A DNA stretch of 63,354 nucleotides, counting the filler, from Octopus bimaculoides (lineage: Eukaryota), in assembly GCF_001194135.2 (NCBI RefSeq). It is 7 parts of 7 records of this genome, joined end to end, with 100 filler letters (N's around TTAATTAATTAA, not from the genome) between each part and the next. Parts side by side here need not be neighbours in the genome. Positions count along the whole stretch, not along the records: positions 17,636 to 42,609 come from NC_068983.1; positions 42,710 to 47,837 come from NC_068985.1; positions 47,938 to 51,553 come from NC_069010.1; 4 more parts are not named here. One strand, given 5' to 3'. The notes below the pieces were generated by a model. It was not told the DNA's origin and ran no database searches. It saw nothing but the letters and a program-made list of their open reading frames with translations. Of this stretch, positions 37,540 through 50,699 are shown piece by piece (position 1 is the stretch's first letter; every line of letters starts with the position of its first letter). A program made the translations under genes and the position numbers.

Positions 37540-40500
37540 CATCATCTCTCTGTACAACTATGAGCTGAAGGAGAACAACAGCAAAGCAGAGGTCCACCAG
37601 CAAAAACAAAATCTAAGTAAATCAACGATGAAGATGAAGGCAGAAGCAAGCTAGCAAGCAAGCTGAGGATGACCATGGAATGAAGGTGAGAGTAAAAACA
37701 AAAATAAGTAGAGCCTAGGAAAAATGAAAACTCAAACAGCCTTTGGCATGGAAGGATTGAGACTAGCTGTAGATTTACATTGAGTCTGAGAAACACGTAC
37801 CAGGACACAAGATGGCTGAAAACAAAAACAAAATAGAGTGGTCAACTCCTTCGCCTCTACAAATATCATTAAAGTGAACATTACCGACACCCTATTTTTC
37901 ACACCAGGATTCTTATTGAACGTTAGGGGCTTTGTTATGTCCTACCAACACATAACCCCATACCCCGGAGATTTAGGTACATACAATCAAGCAATATGAA
38001 CTAACAGAATGACATCGTAATGCTGACGTGCCAGATGCTGCGATACACATACGAAAGTATGTTTCATTTCGAACTGGCAAGTGAAAGAATTCATGGTGGC
38101 GTTACAATGTACATCCGGGAAGATGTCACACTTGTTGTTCTGCTTTACGCTCAAACTCAGTTTGTGACACTCTAGAAGTATACATTAAACAGAACAAAAG
38201 GTACTATGTGCTATTTCTCACTCACCGGGTACTCAAAGTCATGGGCACTCATTCGAAGACAGTTTTAGAAAGATGGAAGAAGTATTATATTAACCAGCCT
38301 AAATTACAGCCTTTACATATATCCCTAATGTCGAATGACCAAAGGGCCGCCTTCTTTCAGGTATGTTACTGCATAAACAGAGACAAGCAGAGTCACTGTT
38401 CGACCTCACAAATATACACTTTATAGAAAAAATAATGCTTGACCCCACAAGCTGCAAACGTTTTCTGGACATCTGCTTCACAAATAACGCGGCGCTCATC
38501 CATAATGTTAAATGTCATCGACTATGTTTTCTGACAATAACTTAATAAACCTAACGCTGTGTGGTCCACAGAAAGCTGCAGACATACAGGCTACAGAAGC
38601 ATTCAACTCTTCTCCAACCTGAACTTTCATAAAGCTAATTGGAAAGGGTATTCAGAAAAAGGTCATGAAACAAAATTGGTCTACAAATCTCTTTACGAAA
38701 GATGTTGACATAAAGGTACAGCACTTTATGATAAATCATGCATGCCGCATGCAGTAAGTTTGCTCCCGAAAGATTGTCAAGCCAAAATAAAAGCATAATT
38801 CCCAGGGATAAGAACATTTTTATGAGACGACGAGCAAAGATCTCAAACCGTCTAAATTGGCTACTAAATGACAGCGAAGAATCTTATCTCAAAAAAACAT
38901 TGCTTGAGATGGAAAGTGAACTCAAACTCTCCAATGAAAAGAAGAGCGCAGAAAAAGAAACTGATTCTGTAAAAAATGTGAATACAAACCCTAAAGTCTT
39001 CTACAGATTTGCAAGAGCATCTTAGTCTGTACAATACAAGATAGGATCACTGTTCGAAGAAAATGGTTCACTGACTGTAGAGCCTCAGAGGATATATGAA
39101 ATACCGAATGTGCAATACGAAAATTTTTTCATAACTCCGTTGGGATACTTGCAAATAGTCACACCTGATCAGGCCTTCGGCATCACCACTCTACGCAAAG
39201 AAATGGCAATTATTGATTACATTGAAATAAATGAAATTAATATAATATTTGCCATTTATGAAATGGGCTTAACCTCATCCACAGGTTCTGATAGATTCCC
39301 AACGATCCTCCTTAAGAAATGCAATGAGTATCTAACAAGACCACTACAAATCGTTATCCAAACTCCCTTGCGTATGGGAGATTTCTCAGAAGTTAAAGGG
39401 AGGTATTATGTGCTCTGTCCATAAAGAAGGTAGCTGAACGATTAGTCGAAATTATAGGCCTCCAATCTTACATATCAGCAGAGTCATTGAGCGCATTGTC
39501 TAGAGGAAGCTGATCACGTTCCGATAAAATAATTCCCTGACACGCAGCATGGCTTCCACTCAGGAAGAAGCTGGCTTACACGAATTCTGCTGCATTATAA
39601 TTGGGTGTTGAAGCAACTAATGAATTGCTCAAACGCTGATGTGACATATCTTGATTTTGCAAAGTCATTTGAAAAGTTTGATCATAGGATTATATGTCAG
39701 AAGCTGCGGAGACTCAGCATAGTCGGAGATCTGGGGGAGTGGTAACATGTCTTCTTAATAAAAGACAGCAACCAGGCTGTAGAAGGCAATGGGACCCTTT
39801 CGAAGGAAAATGTCTTCAGGCCGCTCCTGTTTATGGGTGCTCTTTCGGACATACCATCAGAAGTCAAGCAGTCAAAGAATGTTTCGATGCTAATCTTCTA
39901 CAGAGAGACCTAGATGCCATATATAAATGGGCTTAAGAAAGTAACATGCAGTTTGATTCAGCGAGATTCCAAGTTCTAACATGCCGTAATAAGGATTCTT
40001 TAGTCGAAAAGAAACGGCAATCCCAGAGTTAAGTCCAATGCGTGATCTCGGGATTGATATGGGTATCAATGCCATGTTTCACGTGAATGTCACCAAGAGG
40101 GTGGCAATGTACATGTGAATGGCAGGATGGATTCTAGAATCTTTCAGAACGAGGGATCAAGGAACATTTGTCCTCAGCCATGTGGACATGCGCTCAACTT
40201 CGGTCACCCCAGGTTGTCGACATACTGGCAGGACTTTAAGCAGTACAGCAGTGCTACACCAAGAAGACATCATCAGTGGAAGAGCCGAGATACTGGGAGA
40301 AAGTCAAAGAGTTACGATTCTACTCTCTGAAGTAAGGACGGAAGAAATATGCAGTGATGTACGTATGGGAGATCCTGGATGGGTTGGCACCAAAGTTTGG
40401 CATCGAGAGTACGAGCCCCCGAGCTGGACGACACTGCACTGTTCCAAACAGACCAGCCATCCCATTTAGAGTAAGGATCATGTACTACAAAAACCTGGGA

Positions 40501-40730
40501 TTGAATGACCCCTGTTATTTAATATATTGCCAAAAAACCTGCGAGATCTAAATGGAGTAGGGTAGATATTGTTAAGGAACAACTTGACCTCCTCCTGCTG
40601 TCCAAATTCGCGGATCAACTTACATCACTGCAAGAAACTCAAAAGAGGGTAGCAATACCGAAATCCTTCTTTCACCAAAAGCCAATCACAAAAGAATAGC
40701 CATTGAATATGTGATAACACTGGCCATGCC
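37540..40730 (+). mobile_element. Degenerate CR1-clade LINE (APE + RT + C-terminus), about 3.2 kb
   Basis: PT...LDICFTNN, NPKVFYRFAR, GSDRFPTILLKKC..LTRPL, NYRP, QHGF..GRS.LT, YLDFAKSF.K.DH, YVWEILDGLAP; many stops. Confidence 0.9.
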
Positions 40731-41204
40731 CCAACATAGCTACAGCCTTTGGGCTGTAACGCATATTAGAAGCAACCAATATGTATAATTTCTGAAGTAT
40801 GATACGTGAAAAATAAATGCAGATGTATAAATTAAAAGAAACATATTTTTCTTTTATATTCTTTCAAAACAATAGTGTTTTTTCTGTCACCATCAGAAAA
40901 TCGATTGACGTGTGCCAGAGCGTTACGTGCCTATATACTAGTTAGTGTTTCCGTATTAATATATTGTGGGAAATTTAATAATTCAACATGCAATTCTGCT
41001 GTTTGAGCACTTTCTAATTTTACACGTAAAGATGTGTTATCTTAGTTATTATGAATTTTTGCCTCGGACTGGTATCAACCGGCAATTTCAAATGTTGCAA
41101 TGATGGCAAATAAAAAGCCAGTTATTCTCTTGTACGTGAGAGTCTGTCCCCTGATAGGGGCAAGATGTATACTTATATAATTTATAAACATATTTCTGCT
41201 GATA

Positions 41205-41452
41205 GGAAGTTTCACAACCAGGTAAAGGATATATAAAATATGTATTATTATTTTAATGTATGTACCGTAGTTTCTACTAGATGTGTCATTTCGTTCAAGT
41301 TACTTCTAACAGTTATATATCACCGCTCTGAAATTGGAATTATTAATATTTCATAGAGTTATTTATTCAAACTGTTGCACGTAGAATTACGTACCTAATA
41401 AGTATTCTTAACATAAATTTATATTTATGGATTCTGAAGCTTGAAAACCACT
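41205..41452. mobile_element. Decayed hAT (Charlie-like) MITE
   Basis: aggaagtttcacaacc ... ttgaaaaccactg terminal motifs; no TSD seen. Confidence 0.35.
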
Positions 41453-41769
41453 GGCCTCTGGATATATGTATAGTATGCATACAATGGTTTTCACATTGTA
41501 TCACCAATTTCATTCAACCTTTTCATCCGTACTATGAACTATTCCACCAAAATATAATTTGTTGATTGTATTACCACATCGTACTGTGGACTCTATCCAT
41601 TATTTTGCAGCTTAACTGTGCGCCACATTTCCTATACTGGATTTACTATTGATACAGTAGTTTTCTGTGTAGTATACGACATATTAATAAACGATTTAAT
41701 AGACCTACCTATTTTTTTATTACTTCAGTTCGAAAATTTGTTTCGAGTAACGTTTCTTAAAATATTTAG

Positions 41770-42300
41770 TTTACTCCTAATATTAGCATAAATGGCCATT
41801 CTATTTCTGATATTTCTTTGGTTTTGAGAATATATCTTCGTATGTTAGCTAGTTTATTAGGGTTCATTGCTGTATCCAAGTCTTTATTTAGGTTATTTTT
41901 CTTCCATATTTTATATGTATATGTTGTTGAGATTTCGTTCTTTGGGTAGAGCACTGCTGTAAAATAAGCGTGTAGGATTGAAATATACTCCTCACGTGTC
42001 TATTTATGCCATTTTGGTATTTTTTGCGGGACATGAGGAACAACGTCCGGCCCTTTATTTTGACGGTCATCATTTTCGTATGATACCAGTCCGTTCATTT
42101 CTGTTGTCAAATTGTTTTGCACATGTAGTTTTCCGTACTTTTTCTGTAACAAGTTTAAAGAACACACTTCCCGATTGTTATTCTTGGGTTGAATAATACG
42201 GGTATTATTTAATTTATTTGTAATTTTTTTTGTACATGGTGTTTGGGGCCGGAGATGGTCTGGTGTTGATGGATCATAATGTATCAAGCGTGTTTACATG
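41770..42300 (-). mobile_element. R4/Dong-like N-terminal fragment
   Basis: KW..TREEYISILHAYFTA...TYKIWKK...MNPNKLANIRRYILK matches the R4-type N-terminal motif. Confidence 0.6.
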
Positions 42301-42516
42301 TGCTGTGCGAGCAGTGGAGATGATATTCAGTTAAAATACATCATTTCATTTGGAAAATAGAAATAAATTTCAATGAGTATTACTTACTCAGACTTATTCC
42401 AACCCTTTGTCTGCTATTTTTGGCTCCATGCGATGTCCTTATTTCCGATGTTTTTAGATAAATTTCGGAGCAGTGTTTTATTGCTCTCACATCTTCTTCT
42501 TCTTCTTCTTCTTCTT

Positions 42517-42609
<93 letters not shown>

Positions 42610-42709
42610 NNNNNNNNNNNNNNNNNNNNNNNNNNNNNNNNNNNNNNNNNNNNTTAATTAATTAANNNNNNNNNNNNNNNNNNNNNNNNNNNNNNNNNNN
42701 NNNNNNNNN

Positions 42710-42755
<46 letters not shown>

Positions 42756-43033
42756 TGTGTGTGACAGGAAGAAAAGGAAAGAGTCTGGAGATAAATTAAA
42801 TAGCTGTGTTGACAATTTACGGCCAGCCAATCGGATTGCTATATATGTATAGAGTTTCTTTGTGTATATTACAGGAAGTTTAGCCATGGTGTTTATAACG
42901 TATATCTATATACATGCACAAACACACGAAAGTATACACACATGCATAGAGAAATGAAAATATTGAATAAACGATATAAGTATAACAATATAAGTACGAT
43001 ATAAGTACAATTGTTTCGATGCATTTTTACTTC

Positions 43034-43190
43034 AGGCGAGAGGTGTCGGTCAACATGCTTATCGGCGTTTCGTCCGTCATCATCTTATTATTTCAAATGC
43101 CGACGGCGTCAACTTTCCCTGTTCAAATAACTCCCAGTTAAACACTGAGATTGACAAAATCGAGTAGCCTAGTACAAAAATTTGAATCAA
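43034..43190 (+). mobile_element. Old SINE family A copy
   Basis: catgcttatcggcgtttcgtccgtc...tttcaaatgccgacggcgtcaactttccc resembles the 4772-4985 head. Confidence 0.55.
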
Positions 43191-43559
43191 ATATATATGA
43201 AATAATGTTTACAATTAAAATCTTTGTGAGAAGATTGTTTAAATTATCATTATTGATAACAATATTATTTTTAGGAGACAACTCTTAAAACGCTGGTGAG
43301 AAAATTATATTCGGTAATGATATATTTTTGTAATATAAAGGAATTTGCCGTAGCAATAAATCGGACTAAAAATGAAGAAACCATTCAGAATAGCACATAC
43401 ATAAATGTATTCGTGATAGAAATTGAATGAATGTGTATGTTACAACGGAGCGTAATGTCATAAACGAGAGCAATCACTGTTTGATAAAAGCAAAAACGAG
43501 AAAAAGTTGATCGTATCGACGCGAAACTTTAGAAATGTGAGTTACATAACGTAATAAAC

Positions 43560-43622
<63 letters not shown>

Positions 43623-44199
43623 TAATAATAATAGCAGTAATAATAATAATAATAGTAATAACAATAGTGATAATAAATTGATGCATAGAATTTCACGCAA
43701 GTTAGAGCTTTAAGAACTTGAATACTCTTCATTGTAAAATAGCATCTAAAAACGTCTGCAAATACAAAGCAGATATATGGACGATAAGATGAAGATATTA
43801 TGATTCTTGGAGTTTGTGGCTACTGATGTCAATGGATGCTCATAATAAAGGAATATATACGTAGGTGAGTGTGTGTGTGTGTGTGTTCATGTGTATCCAT
43901 GTATGTGTACCTAGATAGTGATACGAGGCATACATAAGATGTAAGTGCCAGACTAAAAGAGCAAGCACGCAAACCTATAAGCGGAATACAGGTTATAAAT
44001 TTTCTTTCTGTGTTTGTTTGCCTATCTATCTATCTTTCTGTCTGTCTGCCTATATATCTATCTATCTGTCTATCTATCTATGTATCTATATATCTCTATC
44101 TCTCTCTCGCTTTCTTTCTTTCTCTCACTCTATATATGATCATACATGGATGCATATATATATATATATATTTCTGTTATACTAACTTCTACTTCACTG

Positions 44200-44563
44200 C
44201 TATACACTCCTGTTTCTTCCTCCTTGTTCCACTTCCTCCCTCCAACATCCTTTCTGCTCTCGTGTGACCTGTGGTCAGCTTTCTTTTCACTCCAGCCGCT
44301 GTGAAGGCAAGACGAACTACTAGCGTTCTACCTCAGATTCGCGTTTGGCCGTACCGCTTTTGAATGTTGTTTTCACTGTCCAATTTTTCCTGTCTTGGTT
44401 TGTGTTTGCCACCTTGGAATCCTCTGTAGTTGGTCGATCCAGTACTCAGGAAGAGACTATTCTAGAGTACGTTATGTCTTATCTTCGAAACGTCAGGTTA
44501 GAATAGAGGCAGCTGATGAAGGAACATTCCAAGTGGCTTTCCGTTTTCCTATGTGTTCGTTCC
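44200..44563 (+). mobile_element. pLTR-like repeat with hammerhead-like relic
   Basis: CTCAGGAAGAG...CTTCGAAACGTC followed by CTGATGAAGG. Confidence 0.4.
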
Positions 44564-44778
44564 NNNNNNNNNNNNNNNNNNNNNNNNNNNNNNNNNNNNN
44601 NNNNNNNNNNNNNNNNNNNNNNNNNNNNNNNNNNNNNNNNNNNNNNNNNNNNNNNNNNNNNNNNNNNNNNNNNNNNNNNNNNNNNNNNNNNNNNNNNNNN
44701 NNNNNNNNNNNNNNNNNNNNNNNNNNNNNNNNNNNNNNNNNNNNNNNNNNNNNNNNNNNNNNNNNNNNNNNNNNNNNN

Positions 44779-44827
<49 letters not shown>

Positions 44828-45856
44828 CATATACATATACATAAATACATGTTTGTGTGCATCTTTGTGCGTGTGTGAGTGTACATATATGAACACACAT
44901 TTAACGTATATCTATACACTAATTTCCATTAGCTTGATTTCAAAGTTTGCCTGTAGCCACCAGTTGCAACAGTAATTTGATTAGAGCATCGGTAGATGTT
45001 TAGATACTTATGCAAATATATTTTTTTTCATAAATATAAGGAATTAACGTTGCCAAAGAACGATTTACAAACATTGTATAATTTAGATAAATGAGAGTAA
45101 ATAACTTTTTTTTTATAGTTAAAACCTGATAACAGGAAAGTACGAATGAGAAAACACAAGACAATGAAATATTTAAGTAAAAGTTACTAACATAAAACTA
45201 ATAAAATGTTTCTAAAATAAAATAAAATATACAGGAAAAAAGAGAAAAACAAATGGAAAAAATATGTATGAGAAAATACAATATCTGTATTTAGCTTTTC
45301 TGTAAGTTCGCTTTTCATGTGAAAGATATATACTCATTCATTAAGCCATCGTTCCCATATGGAAAAACGTGTAAGAAATATATGCTTATTTGTGCTATTG
45401 TCTACCAAGATGAACTTAGTTTATTATAAGCTAAAGAAATAAGCAGGGATTATTATAACGATCTGTTTAATTATTGTAGGTTTCAATAGAGTCAACCGTA
45501 AATTGTATTTGTTGTTATTTAGCTGTTGTGAGCGTATATTGGATTAGCTCTGAAAATAACTGATGTTAAAGTCACGGCAAATGCCGGCTTATAGTTTTAT
45601 AATGACATGTATAATTTGTGCAACATGAAACATGTAACGCCGATACTAATGCACAGAAACAGCCGTAGTGGACTGGATTAAAACCCTTTCACTTAATCTT
45701 CTAGTATCATTTCTTTCTCCTTTTGGTTGTATGAAATCCGCGTAATCTAATGGATTTCTATGTGTATATCTAGTAAAAGAAAAAGAAAATCCTACTGCAT
45801 GAGAACTTATGTTACCCGACCCAAATCCAGTACGTATATATATTTTACTTTTTCAG

Positions 45857-46035
45857 CTCAAAGTTGTGGCCATACTGGTTCACAACCGTTTTGCTACACT
45901 GTTATCTTTGAGAGCCTCCTCTAATGTGTGCCATTTGATGATAAGGGAGTTTGACGTCGCTACCCTCATTTGCTCTTGCTGCCGCGAGGTAGGTTCATCA
46001 ATCGCCACTTTTATGTGTCATGCATTGTCTTTGAA
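45857..46035 (+). CDS. Probable iGluR amino-terminal-domain exon (LKVVAILVHNRF...VCHLMIREFDVATLICSCCREVGSSIATFMCHALSL); alternative donor after 45988
   Basis: Strong acceptor tattttactttttcag and a single open frame. VCH...VATLI...CHALSL resembles the ATD stretch of GluN3A (recalled VCHTVVVQGVSALL...SLVLHIP). Donor is GTAGGT at 45989 or GTGAAT at 46036. Confidence 0.5.
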
Positions 46036-47937
46036 GTGAATCCTTCAGAAACATGACTGATGTTATTTGAAAAATATTATCCTGGTATAGATAGATATGT
46101 TTTTTTTCTTTTGTGATTTCTAATGGATTTGCGTCATATATTTCAAATCAATTCCGCCACATGTATTCGTGTCTGAAGGATCGCTTGGAAAGAGAAGGCA
46201 GGACATATAAATCTGCAATGTTATTTTGTGTCCACATCATGAAACTATTCGTAATACGTATTTATATTATGTCTGTGCGCGCAGACACGCACTCCCTCAC
46301 ATATACACATATAAGTATATATATANNNNNNNNNNNNNNNNNNNNNNNNNNNNNNNNNNNNNNNNNNNNNNNNNNNNNNNNNNNNNNNNNNNNNNNNNNN
46401 NNNNNNNNNNNNNNNNNNNNNNNNNNNNNNNNNNNNNNNNNNNNNNNNNNNNNNNNNNNNNNNNNNNNNNNNNNNNNNNNNNNNNNNNNNNNNNNNNNNN
46501 NNNNNNNNNNNNNNNNNNNNNNNNNNNNNNNNNNNNNNNNNNNNNNNNNNNNNNNNNNNNNNNNNNNNNNNNNNNNNNNNNNNNNNNNNNNNNNNNNNNN
46601 NNNNNNNNNNNNNNNNNNNNNNNNNNNNNNNNNNNNNNNNNNNNNNNNNNNNNNNNNNNNNNNNNNNNNNNNNNNNNNNNNNNNNNNNNNNNNNNNNNNN
46701 NNNNNNNNNNNNNNNNNNNNNNNNNNNNNNNNNNNNNNNNNNNNNNNNNNNNNNNNNNNNNNNNNNNNNNNNNNNNNNNNNNNNNNNNNNNNNNNNNNNN
46801 NNNNNNNNNNNNNNNNNNNNNNNNNNNNNNNNNNNNNNNNNNNNNNNNNNNNNNNNNNNNNNNNNNNNNNNNNNNNNNNNNNNNNNNNNNNNNNNNNNNN
46901 NNNNNNNNNNNNNNNNNNNNNNNNNNNNNNNNNNNNNNNNNNNNNNNNNNNNNNNNNNNNNNNNNNNNNNNNNNNNNNNNNNNNNNNNNNNNNNNNNNNN
47001 NNNNNNNNNNNNNNNNNNNNNNNNNNNNNNNNNNNNNNNNNNNNNNNNNNNNNNNNNNNNNNNNNNNNNNNNNNNNNNNNNNNNNNNNNNNNNNNNNNNN
47101 NNNATATATATATATAGTTGTCTAACTATCTATTTATATATATATATATATATACACGCACAAACAGGGGGCGTATATTTGCTCACGCCACTCGGAAGCC
47201 CACGCTCTCACAGTCACTTATGTATATTACATAAATATATTTCTTTATACTTATTACAGTCTATACATATACGTAAGTACGCTTCTATGTTAGTATGTGT
47301 AACAGAAACTTTGTACATATTTGTGCTGGGTGTGTAAGAAAGGAATGCAATGGAGGTGATAAAATGTGAAAGCCGTTGAATCAACGCATACAAATAAGAC
47401 AATCAACAATGAACGCCAAACCCCTTAACGAAAACACAGATTGTATCGTTGTAAATCAATCGTAATAAGTAAAAAATAAGCAGAAAAATGCAGCAGGAAA
47501 AAGAATGAGATATCGTAAAATTGGCTTAATTTTGTCACACACTGATATAAATGGTTGATGGATATCATAGAGATTATAGTGTATTGAGGATTAGAGAGAT
47601 TAGTGATGCAGACAAATATTTATCAGAGACTGGAATGCTGGAAGACTACTGAAGTACAGCAAAGCGTAAATAACAATTTAATATGAAATAAAGAGTATCT
47701 GTAAATAATATTTACAGTATAGTTGAAATGTAAATACACGCTCGAACATGCGCACACCCACACACACACGTATAGATATATGTAGATTTCCGTCTTCCAG
47801 ATTCATTCACAAGGCTCTGGTATATATATATATATATNNNNNNNNNNNNNNNNNNNNNNNNNNNNNNNNNNNNNNNNNNNNTTAATTAATTAANNNNNNN
47901 NNNNNNNNNNNNNNNNNNNNNNNNNNNNNNNNNNNNN

Positions 47938-48284
47938 TACACTCTCGGAGCGGTTGGCGTTAGGAAGGGCATCCAGCTGTAGAAACTCTGCCAAATCAGA
48001 TTGGAGTCTGGTGTAGCCATCAGGTTTCACCAGTCCTCAGTCAAATCGTCCAACCCATGCTAGCATGGAAAGCGGACGTTTAAACGATGATGATGATGAT
48101 GATATATATATATATATATACACTCTCAGAGTGGTTGGCGTTAGGAAGGGCATCCAGCTGTAGAAACTCTTCTAAATCAGATTGGAGCCTGGTGTCGCCA
48201 TCTGGTTTCACCAGTCCTCAGTCAAATCGTCCAACTCATGCTAGCATGGAAAGCGGACGTTAAACGACGATGATGATGATGATG
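47938..48284 (+). mobile_element. Two tandem 5'-truncated copies of SINE family C ((GAT)n tail, RTE-like 3' end)
   Basis: ggttggcgttaggaagggcatccagctgtagaaac...catggaaagcggacgttaaacgatgatgat twice, separated by (TA)n. Confidence 0.9.
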
Positions 48285-48512
48285 TATCATCATCGAAAGA
48301 AGAATAAAATATATTTTTATGTAGTAAATATAATTTATTCTTTCATCTCTCTATGAACTCTTGTAATAACATACATGTAGCCACATGAACACCTTGTGCT
48401 GACTTTTCCACATGTTCCCTGTGCAATTACAAACCAGCACCTATTGGTGCAGCTGTCCACATTCAAATATGTGATTAAAGAAAGAAAAAAAAAAACAGGA
48501 AAAAGAACCCAC

Positions 48513-48610
48513 CTTTGTAGCTCCTTCCATCTCAAACGGGATATTGAAGGTGTAAAAATCCTGAGGTTTCATCAGCTCCCAAACTGGGGCCACTTCTCTG
48601 TGGTCTGAAC
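48513..48610 (-). CDS. TBCCD1: TBCCD1 internal exon (SDHREVAPVWELMKPQDFYTFNIPFEMEGATK), phase 1-0
   Basis: Acceptor cctttatattttcag, donor GTGGGT. Matches recalled VFQLLPPCEFYVFIIPFEMEGDT. The 5' and final exons were not found in the window. Confidence 0.93.
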
Positions 48611-48826
48611 CTGAAAATATAAAGGGACAGTTGACCGAGAGAAATACATTGGAAGTGGACAGGTGTTTAATATATATATATACACACACATATAGATATA
48701 TACAGATATGTATGTAGATAAATACGTATGAAGCAACAAGAGAGAGCTCTACATGGTGGCTGATCTTGTTAGAAATAGCAGCCAAATCTCCCTCGAGCTA
48801 CCCCCTATGGACTCAAGTATGTGTAA

Positions 48827-49091
48827 CCCTTTAGCATCCAGATTATTCTGTCAAATGTAATCCTTATTTGTTCACACTGTTTTGAATTAATCCTGGATTA
48901 TCTTGCAGATTTCAGGATTTTGATGATGTGGTTGTTTATTTTTAGAACGACATTGTTGGGTTACCGTAAGAGGCCAGATATGGCCAGCTTGAACACAATA
49001 CAGATAGAACATTTGGGCCAGATATGGCCAGCTTGAACACAATACAGGTAGAACATTTGGGCCAGATATGGCCAGATTAAATGCTAAAGGG
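48827..49091. mobile_element. piggyBac-like MITE with internal 44-bp tandem repeat, in a TBCCD1 intron
   Basis: TIR CCCTTTAGCAT / ATGCTAAAGGG, flanks GTAA and TTAA. The 44-bp unit starts at 48972, 49016 and 49060 (partial). Confidence 0.8.
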
Positions 49092-49135
49092 TTAATATAA
49101 GATTACAGATAAATAAACACGAAAGGCCTACCTAC

Positions 49136-49311
49136 CCAAACAGATTGGTTGGTCCCACAGGTTATTGTTGGCGTCTAGACCTACTTTTAGTAGATGCTCT
49201 TCCAGTTTGGGATAGAACGTGTGGAAAGGTGATAATCTGATGGAGTCATTGCCATTTAAAATTACCGGTTGGTTAGGGGTGAGAAGATAGAGGGTACACA
49301 GCTGGCTGTTG
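49136..49311 (-). CDS. TBCCD1: TBCCD1 internal exon (NSQLCTLYLLTPNQPVILNGNDSIRLSPFHTFYPKLEEHLLKVGLDANNNLWDQPICL), phase 2-1
   Basis: Acceptor ttttatttcag, donor GTAGGT, open frame. Matches recalled TPTRPLILSGNQTVTFAPFHTHYPMLEDH...NYWDNP. Confidence 0.95.
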
Positions 49312-49345
49312 CTGAAATAAAGTCACAGAATAGTTATATCAATAC

Positions 49346-49590
49346 TTTCTTATTTCTTTACTGCCCACGAGGGGCTGCGCACAGAGGGGACAAACAAGGA
49401 CAGACAAAGGGATTAAGTCGATTACATCGACCCCAGTGCGTAACTGGTACTTAATTTATTGACGCCGAAAGGATGAAAGGCAAAGTCGACCTCGGTGGAA
49501 TTTGAACTCAGAACGTAACAGCAGATGAAATACTGCTAGGCATTTCGCCCGGCGTGCTAACGTTTCTTATTTCTTTATTGCCCACAAGGG
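49346..49590 (-). mobile_element. SINE family A variant with a different 3' tail, plus a second short tail
   Basis: Same head and centre as 4772-4985 but tail ...gtgggcagtaaagaaataagaaa; tail repeated at 49563-49590. Confidence 0.85.
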
Positions 49591-49881
49591 TTTGTTGCCA
49601 GTGCCGCTGGACTGGCTCCTGTGCAGGTGGCACATAAAAAATACCACTTGAGCGTGGCCGTTGCCAGTACCGCCTGACTGACCCTCGTGCTGGTGGCACA
49701 TAAAAGCACCCACTATACTCTCGGAGTGGTTGGCGTTAGGAAGGGCATCCAGCTGTAGAAACTCTGCCAGATCAGATTGCAGCCTGGTGCAGCCATCTGG
49801 TTCGCCACTCCTCAGTCAAATCGTCCAACCCATGCTAGCATGGAAAGCGGACGTTAAACAATGATAATGATGATGATGATG
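49591..49881 (+). mobile_element. SINE family C, longer copy with internal repeats
   Basis: Repeated gtggcacataaaa units, then the shared body and (GAT)n tail. Confidence 0.88.
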
Positions 49882-49974
49882 AAAGATAGCACATTTAAAC
49901 AGAAATATTGTAACAAAAGGGTTAAGTAGTAAAAAAAAATAATATGAGAAAAAAGATGGAAAGGAGATTGATAT

Positions 49975-50400
49975 ATGGATGGCTAGTGAGTGATATGGGT
50001 GGATATTGGAATAAGGGTGGGTACTGAGGAAATGAGAAAGAGGTGGGTAGAGAGTGATATGGATGGATATTGGAATAAGGGTGGGTAGTGAGTGATAATG
50101 CTGGGTACTGAGGAACTGGGATAGGGGGTAGTGAGAGATATGGGTGGATAGAGGAATAAGGGTGGGTACTAAGATAGGGGTGGGTAGAGAGCGAAATGGG
50201 TGGATATTGGAATAAGGATGGGTACTGAGGAACTGAGATAGAGGTGGGTAGAGAGTGACATGGAGAGATATTGGAATAAGGGTGGGTAGTGAGTGAATCG
50301 GGTGGATAGTGAAATAAGGGTGGGTAGTGAGTGAATCGGATGGATAGTGGAATAAGGGTGGGTATTGAGGAACTGAGATAGGGGTGGGTAGAGAGTTGAG
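49975..50400 (+). repeat. G-rich degenerate minisatellite
   Basis: Recurring tgggtggatattggaataagggtgggta(g/c)tgag units. Confidence 0.9.
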
Positions 50401-50490
50401 AGCATGTTCTGGGATACAGAGTGGGTACGGGGTATGGCTGGGTGCTGTGATGAGAGTAGTGACAAAGGGTGGATTGGTGGGTGGACTTAC

Positions 50491-50613
50491 TTGATAACTA
50501 TTCGGTAACAGGGTGCAATGATCGTGACAAACTCACAGTGTTCGACATGGACAGTGGTTTCAACTGGACCGAGGATGATCCTTGTGTGGCGACATTTCTG
50601 GATAGTCACAGAC
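50491..50613 (-). CDS. TBCCD1: TBCCD1 internal exon (SVTIQKCRHTRIILGPVETTVHVEHCEFVTIIAPCYRIVI), C-CAP/cofactor C-like domain, phase 2-2
   Basis: CTAAC branch point, pyrimidine tract, cccag acceptor, GTAAGT donor. Matches recalled SVTIEKCRNSIFVLGPVGTTLHLHSCDNVKVIAVCHRLSI. Confidence 0.95.
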
Positions 50614-50699
50614 CTGGGAGCAATTTAGGAAGACAAGAAGAGGAAAAGGAAGAAAGTTGTGGTTAGTTGGCAACAATAGCAAGTTAAACAACATGACAA

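Noticed and set aside
48375-48440. Next TBCCD1 exon (VLVCNCTGNMWESQHKVFMWLH)
   Set aside because: Phase fits and the donor is GTATGT, but the acceptor is poor and the peptide does not resemble the expected IPGGLP..YQKAL continuation.
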